Of a DNA stretch of 45,618 nucleotides, positions 39,944 through 45,618 are shown one piece after another. The position numbers and the translations under genes were made by a program. Source of the DNA: Hydrurus foetidus (lineage: Eukaryota); the NCBI GenBank assembly GCA_900617105.1, contig UYFQ01000279.1:1-45618 (forward strand), given 5' to 3'. Every line of letters begins with the position of its first letter. Within the stretch, counting starts at the first letter, position 1. Under the pieces are notes generated by a model, which was given only the letters and a program-made list of their open reading frames with translations, was not told the origin of the DNA and did no database searches.

Positions 39944-40419
39944 TCCGGGGACACTTGTGGTCGGGCAAAACAAATAAAACACAATTACACAACATTTCAT
40001 GATAGGTATGGCTGGCTACGGGGTGAAAAAAAAAGACTCTTTAGCTTGAAACTTCGTCACCCGAAATTGCTAAAACGGACTGCTATCTACAGTAATCTAG
40101 CTGCAAGAGACATGCATATAGAGTTGCAAGAAACTGAAGGATTTGCAGTGCAATGTATGCTCTTTTAACGCGTACGTGACAATGTCCTACACCGTGTAAG
40201 TACACACACACGAAACTGAAAACGGCTTCCTACATCTACATCTGCATCTACAGCTGCTTTGGAATCAGTCGTGCAATTCAATTCGAGATCCCACTATGAA
40301 TCCTTGAGTCGCACAATGGATCCTAGATCCAGTGGAAAAAATGACTTGGGACCGAATCTCGCCGTCTCCAATCCAGAGAACCCATTCCGCAAGTCCACGA
40401 AGTTCCCGGCGTCTCACAA

Positions 40420-40840
40420 TTCTATTTCTTTACACGGCCACGATCTCTGGCGTCACACGGTTAGTCGTACGTCTCACACTGTACGTGCACCGTCACAAAA
40501 ATGTACGTATCCTACTTAACTATGTACTTACGGAAGCCTCCAAGATCCTTCCGTAACGTACGTACGTCGTTTTTCGTACGTACTATCATCTTCGTACGTG
40601 CTCACCCACGGTCTCTGTCCGTGCGTTGCGGAATGTACTGCTAGGCTTTTCACAAGAGTTGAACGTACGTACTTACATTTGACCACACAACCGTCTCGTT
40701 AGTTTAGTCAGAATTACCCTAATTGGGGTGCACTCGTGCGCCCGGTGACTCTCCCTATGACTCAGACCACACGTACTTTGCCTTCCTCGGGCAGCCGTGT
40801 GGCCTGGGTACTGGTCTGGGTTAGCGATCACCTTCACCCA
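40420..40840 (-). repeat. Internal repeat B1, overlapping the last codons of the YR ORF
   Basis: Uninterrupted ~420-bp copy of B2. Confidence 0.93.
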
Positions 40841-42086
40841 ATACACCAAGGTGAGCCCTGTCCAAGTTCCTCGCTTGTGGTATGAACCGCCGGATATCCT
40901 CGATGTCAGGTCTAGCCCCACCATTCAGAACGTTCGATGACAATGGTCCATGGCCGGCAGATGAATAGTCATAAGTGCTCGCCATAACCCTCGATCCGGC
41001 TGAGTAACCCCCTCTGTCCTTCATATCTGCCTCGGACGCCCCTAGTGCACTCATATGAGTGGTCGCAGCCTTACGGAGGGAATGACTTGAGAAGTGTTCC
41101 GCAGGCAGGTTCTCGAAGACACAGGTCTCTTTTATTTGGTCCCTTATCATCCTGGCGGACAGCTCCTTCTTGGACCTCCTTCCAGACTTCAGCCGGATAT
41201 AGCGGGAGAAAAGCCTGTCTGTCTCTGTCACCTGAGAGTGCGCAACCCAGCATATTAGGTCATCCAAGAATTGACCCTCCTCTGGGGTCCTCCTCCCTAT
41301 GAGCTTCATTTTCAGCGCTGACCCTGTCTTCTGCGATGCGGCCTTCACCCAGCACCGCAGTACCGTTGTCGGCGGAGGCATCTCCTGCCCTCCCCTTATC
41401 CTCTCCCCACCAGCCAGCTCAAACTCCAAGTCTCCCGCTCGAACACAGTGATCCTCACCTCCAGCCTCAGGAGCAGTGTACTCACTTACTCGGGCATCCA
41501 TATCATAAGCCCACATGGAAGCCACGTACACCACTCTCGAGTTGAAACCGCATAGGTCCCAACCTGCGTCGACCCATAGTCGCTCTCTCATACGCACTAG
41601 AATGCTCTCACAGAACGGTAGCTTCACTGTGGCCCTAGGTCCTCCATTCCTTATCTCCCTCAGCTCTGCCGTGCTTAATTTGCAGGCTGCGCGTGCGGCC
41701 GTGATGACCGCTGAGTCCAAGAAGTCGCAGGGGATGAGGGCTGTGGTGAATGCGAGTCGCAGACCCGCAGTGACTGAGCTGGCAACTTTACCACGCGCCC
41801 CGTTGTCATACCTACCCATTATGTACTGGGCAACAAGGACAGCCTTGTCGCCTTCAGACTCCCCTCTCAAGTATGGATCCATGCTCCAATCCAGGTTCTC
41901 GATAAAAGTGTACCAACCATTCCACTGGCCATCGTACGCCTTCGCCGTCCCCGCTGTAACGGAAGTCCTCAAGAAGCTCGCCAGAGCTCTTTTGTTCTCC
42001 CTTGAGAGTCCTGGGCAACCTACCAATAAAGTACAAATAGATTGTGAAACATCAGTGATTACCTGGTCGACCACGTTGAACACCAT
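40821..42086 (-). CDS. Tyrosine recombinase of the retrotransposon
   Basis: Catalytic set: DARVSEY (R), ASQKT (K), HSLRK (HxxR), RGGYS..STYD (Y). First ATG at 42086. Confidence 0.93.
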   Translation of the reverse strand: MVFNVVDQVITDVSQSICTLLVGCPGLSRENKRALASFLRTSVTAGTAKAYDGQWNGWYTFIENLDWSMDPYLRGESEGDKAVLVAQYIMGRYDNGARGKVASSVTAGLRLAFTTALIPCDFLDSAVITAARAACKLSTAELREIRNGGPRATVKLPFCESILVRMRERLWVDAGWDLCGFNSRVVYVASMWAYDMDARVSEYTAPEAGGEDHCVRAGDLEFELAGGERIRGGQEMPPPTTVLRCWVKAASQKTGSALKMKLIGRRTPEEGQFLDDLICWVAHSQVTETDRLFSRYIRLKSGRRSKKELSARMIRDQIKETCVFENLPAEHFSSHSLRKAATTHMSALGASEADMKDRGGYSAGSRVMASTYDYSSAGHGPLSSNVLNGGARPDIEDIRRFIPQARNLDRAHLGVLGEGDR

Positions 42087-42190
42087 GGGGAAACACACTG
42101 TAGACTTCGCTTCCCTTCACTAGTTCCAACCATCCCTACCCCACCCCCTTCCCCCTCTCCCCACTCCCCACACCCCTCTCCCGCACCTCT

Positions 42191-44383
42191 CTACTCTCCC
42201 TTTCCCTGCCCGTCGCTCACCAACCCCTCTAAAGCATTCCTAACGCCCCCCCAGTAGTGGGCGAAATCGCTCTCCGATTCGAAAGTGATGACTGGATCAC
42301 AGCTCGCAAGGAGGTGTTGGACTTGCTGACAGCTCTGTAGGTCCACCTCCCTGCTGCACCCTAAACCGATCCGCCTCATTACGTCCCCAACAGATTTGCC
42401 GGACTCGTCGAGACGCGAGAGTGCATCACACTTGTAATTGTCAGTGCCAGAGATATGCACTGACTCTTTCACGACAAGCTCCTGCATAATACAGAGCATA
42501 GTGAAGACCATGGAGGCGTTCGAGACATTTGCCCCTCTGTATCTTTCTGTGCTCACCCAAGTGAGTGCTGAGACGCTGTCACCTCTCATGGTGACGTCAA
42601 CACCTTTGACTCCTAATTTGACTAGACCGATCATTCCGAGCGTTGCACCGATAAACTCGCACAGGTTCTGGTATGATGAGTCGTTGCCAAATGTCAGACC
42701 AAGAATGCTTATGGCGCTGCCACCCATGCATACCTCAGCGTTATTCATTCGTTTGTACCACAGTATGCCTACTCCATGCAGGGAGGCGTCGAACTCGACA
42801 ATATAGGTGGGTACTTCCCTCACATAAGACCGCATGGGTCTGCTATACCGTACTTCGTCAAAGCGAACGAGAACCAGCATCGTGCGCCAAAGACGGATGG
42901 CCAGCTTGGCCTCGTCAGTCACCGTGAACTTCGACATCTTGGCCGTCCGACCAGCCGACATCCTGTGAAGGGCTGCACTAAAGGGACGCATGGCTCTGCA
43001 TATGGACCCGTATCTGCTTCCCCAGGATGCCAGTCTCTGCGCTACACGCATGGAAATGGGCAGGTCTAGGTTGATTGAGAGGAATCCATACAGGGTGTTT
43101 AGGAAGTTTTTCCTAGATATGGTCACTCTACTAGAGTCCAAATCGACGGTATATCCGATTATATCTAGTCGTCTGCCCCATTCTGTCTTGTCATCGGCTA
43201 CTGCTGTGGACCCGAGTAGGGAGACGCACACCTCTCTGGCAACCGCAAGATCATCTACTAAGTCCTCCTCAAAGCACACACCGATGATATCATCGACATA
43301 CATCTCAACTGCGCTCTTGAGGGTGCGGGACAACTCCCACTTGATCGCACGAGTCACCGTCTGGAATGCTGCTGGTGTGCATGCCCAGCCGAAGATCCCA
43401 GCAATTTGTAGGTAGACCAGGTCCCCAGTCACTTCCATTCCGAACAGCCCTGCATCGCCAGGGCGGAACGATAACAAGGTATATGCACCCTTTAGGTCCA
43501 TCTTCCATAACCGAAGCTTTCTCCACTGAACGGTTGGATCAGCTGCTACGGCTTTCTCCCAGAACGACATAATCATCCTTACCATCTCGGCGATCGTTGG
43601 ATGCTTGATGGCGCCGTAGAACTCAGCTGCTGCTGCCGTGGTCTCCTCACTATTCAATGGTGTTCCCGTAACGTACGTAAGGTCACCTATTGGTCGCCCA
43701 CTCGGCTTTCCCTTCTTTGGAGTCCAGTGTGCTGCCCCAAGATGCAGGTTAGGTATGTAACTCACTGCCATCGCTTTTGGTAGCAAGAATGCGAGCTTCT
43801 GCTCTACTATCCCTCCAAGCATCTTGTTTACCGCTGAACTAACTTTGAGGTAAGTGCCTCTTAATGCTGCGATAGGTAGGGACCCATTCGGTTTGAAACC
43901 GGTTGGAAGTGGTACACGCATACCAACCGCCAGATCAAATAGGAGTGCCCTTTCGGGATTGTCAGCCCTCAAACGCTCGACCCTTTCACCGCTGAGTCTA
44001 TCGCTTGACAGCAGCTTTAACCTCCGTGAGACCATCGCGACGAAATCAAGCTGGGCAGCTCGGAAACATCGTACATCACTTTCAAGCATTTCATGCGGGA
44101 AAGTGTACCCATCGGCCCAACCTACCGCAGCATCCACACCATACTGGTCGTCGGATGCTATGACGGCTTCTGTCACCAATGCCTCAAGGAAAGCATGGGG
44201 GAGTCGATTCCCTTGGGGGAAATACGAATCTGCCATCTTGATCATCTCCTCCACCAGCACCCGTGGAATGCAAGGGCCGATCGCAGAAATGTCCTTTTTG
44301 ACTTTCTTACCCGATCCTTCGATCTCCCCCGGGAAATCAGTCGTACTGACCTCTTCGTCCGACCCAGCGCTCTCCTCAGGCAG
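42191..44383 (-). CDS. Reverse transcriptase-RNase H (pol); frame open back to the gag stop codon
   Basis: RT: GRPIGDL, KMDLKGAY, FGWACTPAAFQ, YVDD, IIGYTVD. RNase H: EFDAS, QNLCE, RGDSVSAL, HISGTDNYKCDALSR. No stop between 44383 and 44260. Confidence 0.95.
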   Translation of the reverse strand: MPEESAGSDEEVSTTDFPGEIEGSGKKVKKDISAIGPCIPRVLVEEMIKMADSYFPQGNRLPHAFLEALVTEAVIASDDQYGVDAAVGWADGYTFPHEMLESDVRCFRAAQLDFVAMVSRRLKLLSSDRLSGERVERLRADNPERALLFDLAVGMRVPLPTGFKPNGSLPIAALRGTYLKVSSAVNKMLGGIVEQKLAFLLPKAMAVSYIPNLHLGAAHWTPKKGKPSGRPIGDLTYVTGTPLNSEETTAAAAEFYGAIKHPTIAEMVRMIMSFWEKAVAADPTVQWRKLRLWKMDLKGAYTLLSFRPGDAGLFGMEVTGDLVYLQIAGIFGWACTPAAFQTVTRAIKWELSRTLKSAVEMYVDDIIGVCFEEDLVDDLAVAREVCVSLLGSTAVADDKTEWGRRLDIIGYTVDLDSSRVTISRKNFLNTLYGFLSINLDLPISMRVAQRLASWGSRYGSICRAMRPFSAALHRMSAGRTAKMSKFTVTDEAKLAIRLWRTMLVLVRFDEVRYSRPMRSYVREVPTYIVEFDASLHGVGILWYKRMNNAEVCMGGSAISILGLTFGNDSSYQNLCEFIGATLGMIGLVKLGVKGVDVTMRGDSVSALTWVSTERYRGANVSNASMVFTMLCIMQELVVKESVHISGTDNYKCDALSRLDESGKSVGDVMRRIGLGCSREVDLQSCQQVQHLLASCDPVITFESESDFAHYWGGVRNALEGLVSDGQGKGE

Positions 44384-45618
44384 TCATACGCGGGTCTTGC
44401 CGTTTTTGACTTTGCCGAGAGCCTCAATGCAGGGTTGGCGGAATCGCAGTCCTAAGGTGGCCGCTGTTGACGCCTTCTTCGCCTGAGTCCAGGTCGTAAC
44501 ATCCTCATGACGATACCTACATGCATCCCCAAATGCACAGGCGAAGGTGTTGTTCGTCCTCGGGTTCTGCACCTTGAGCTGTCCCGCGAAATGTTCACCG
44601 CACACTGCGTCAGAATTGGCGCCTGGAGGGCTCGCCGCAAACCCCGCTGGTTTCGCCTTCGCATCCGTCTTCGCTTTTAGCACCACCATGCTGCTCGTCC
44701 GGTTCCTACTCTCTCGCAACTGATACCAGGCCATGGCCTCACTCAACTTCTCCTGAGTGTCGATCGTGCTAGAGAACTCCTTGAGCACCGCCCTTAGTCG
44801 GTCTGCACACATAGCCGGTGTGCTGATGTCTCTCAAGCCCGCATTTGCTACCGTGGTTGCCATCCGGAGTGCCCTGAAGTACTTGGACAGGACTATTTCG
44901 ACGGAGTGTAGAAGGAATCCTGATGGTGCAAGCTCCATAGGGCGTTGGAGACCTTCCAGTTGATCTATGAAGGCGGTTGTAGTGCCCCTAAAGGCTGCAC
45001 CGTAGAAAACGGAGAGTACTAGATCCAAGTTTCTGAAGGCTATGACAAGAGCCATGTTCTGGTTGGGACACGGTGTCATCTCCACGGGGATCTTGATTGA
45101 CCTCCCTGCGAACTTCTGCAAGTTAAGTGCATCCACCGTTGACCCTCCGAAGTCTCCCGTCAGTAGCTTTCTCAGGAGAAGCATGTCGGACGAGAAGCCC
45201 AGACTCCAGACACGGTCCAGTAGACTGCAGCACTCGAAACCGACGTCTCTCTCGTTCGCTCTCGAGATGGACTGCTCACCGATGACTCTGGCGTATTCCT
45301 CAATTTGAAGTATGCACTCCGTCCCCATTATGAATGGCCACCTCTCCCTTTCACATACTCTAAACACCACCCCTAACTCCTTCTCCCTCTCCGCCATATC
45401 TTTCTTCACCCGCGTAGGGTGTATCCCCCCTTCTAGATCGATCAGCATTAGCTTACTGCTCTGCTTCTCACCTTGGCTCTGCACTCCCATCCCGTCCTGC
45501 AGACCACCACGCATCCTCTTGTCCAAGTGGACCTCGTCGTCATTTGCTTCCAAAACCTCCGCCTCATAAACCCTCTTCGACCTTGCATTCAGAGCTGAAG
45601 CGAAATTCACGGCTACCT
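44384..45618 (-). CDS. Gag-like ORF1 with C-terminal CCCH-type finger; open to the window edge
   Basis: Lies upstream of pol. C..CAFGDACRYRH near the C-terminus, as in gag proteins of YR retrotransposons. Confidence 0.8.
   Translation of the reverse strand, partial: VAVNFASALNARSKRVYEAEVLEANDDEVHLDKRMRGGLQDGMGVQSQGEKQSSKLMLIDLEGGIHPTRVKKDMAEREKELGVVFRVCERERWPFIMGTECILQIEEYARVIGEQSISRANERDVGFECCSLLDRVWSLGFSSDMLLLRKLLTGDFGGSTVDALNLQKFAGRSIKIPVEMTPCPNQNMALVIAFRNLDLVLSVFYGAAFRGTTTAFIDQLEGLQRPMELAPSGFLLHSVEIVLSKYFRALRMATTVANAGLRDISTPAMCADRLRAVLKEFSSTIDTQEKLSEAMAWYQLRESRNRTSSMVVLKAKTDAKAKPAGFAASPPGANSDAVCGEHFAGQLKVQNPRTNNTFACAFGDACRYRHEDVTTWTQAKKASTAATLGLRFRQPCIEALGKVKNGKTRV

Larger units (their letters stand above)
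38417..45618 (-). mobile_element. Tyrosine-recombinase retrotransposon (order DIRS, Ngaro-like), 5' end outside the window
   Basis: gag, RT/RNaseH and YR ORFs in that order with no methyltransferase visible. The 3' region has direct repeats B1 (40420-40840) and B2 (38417-39943, interrupted) flanking a unique 476-bp segment. GC-richer than host DNA. Confidence 0.92.

Noticed and set aside
40765..40815. HDV-like ribozyme on the plus strand (GCC-TTCCTCG-GGC)
   Set aside because: The loop register and P1/P2 connectivity do not fit the HDV fold by eye.
44376..44387. AUGA overlap at the gag stop suggesting termination-reinitiation
   Set aside because: That ATG is out of frame with pol and closes after three codons (ATG ACT GCC TGA).
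41045..45569. Plus-strand ORFs of 60-210 aa over the retroelement
   Set aside because: Antisense shadows of GC-rich coding sequence with no motifs.

Overview
Intron-rich eukaryotic nuclear DNA, probably a stramenopile/protist (inferred from gene style only). Left to right: (1) the 5' end of an unknown minus-strand gene; (2) a multi-exon XPG/RAD2 (ERCC5) endonuclease; (3) a ~3.07-3.09 kb tandem triplication, each unit carrying an intact three-exon 112-aa CxxC protein gene, a tRNA-Thr(CGT) and the 5' part of TRAPPC9/TRS120, with only the third copy continuing into the full gene; (4) a minus-strand gene joining a SPOC-like domain to a SPAG7-like R3H protein; (5) a MyTH4-FERM gene with no visible motor; (6) mitochondrial ISCU; (7) a minus-strand tyrosine-recombinase (YR) retrotransposon, Ngaro-like (gag-RT/RNaseH-YR), whose 5' end lies beyond the window. 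The retroelement is the most interesting part. gag and pol are in one frame separated by a single UGA-C (candidate readthrough). A dense G-run tract lies between pol and YR. The 3' end has a B1-A2-B2 split-direct-repeat layout. B2 is interrupted by a 1.1 kb non-autonomous TIR element with a 7-bp TSD. Exon boundaries were read by eye and no database search was run.
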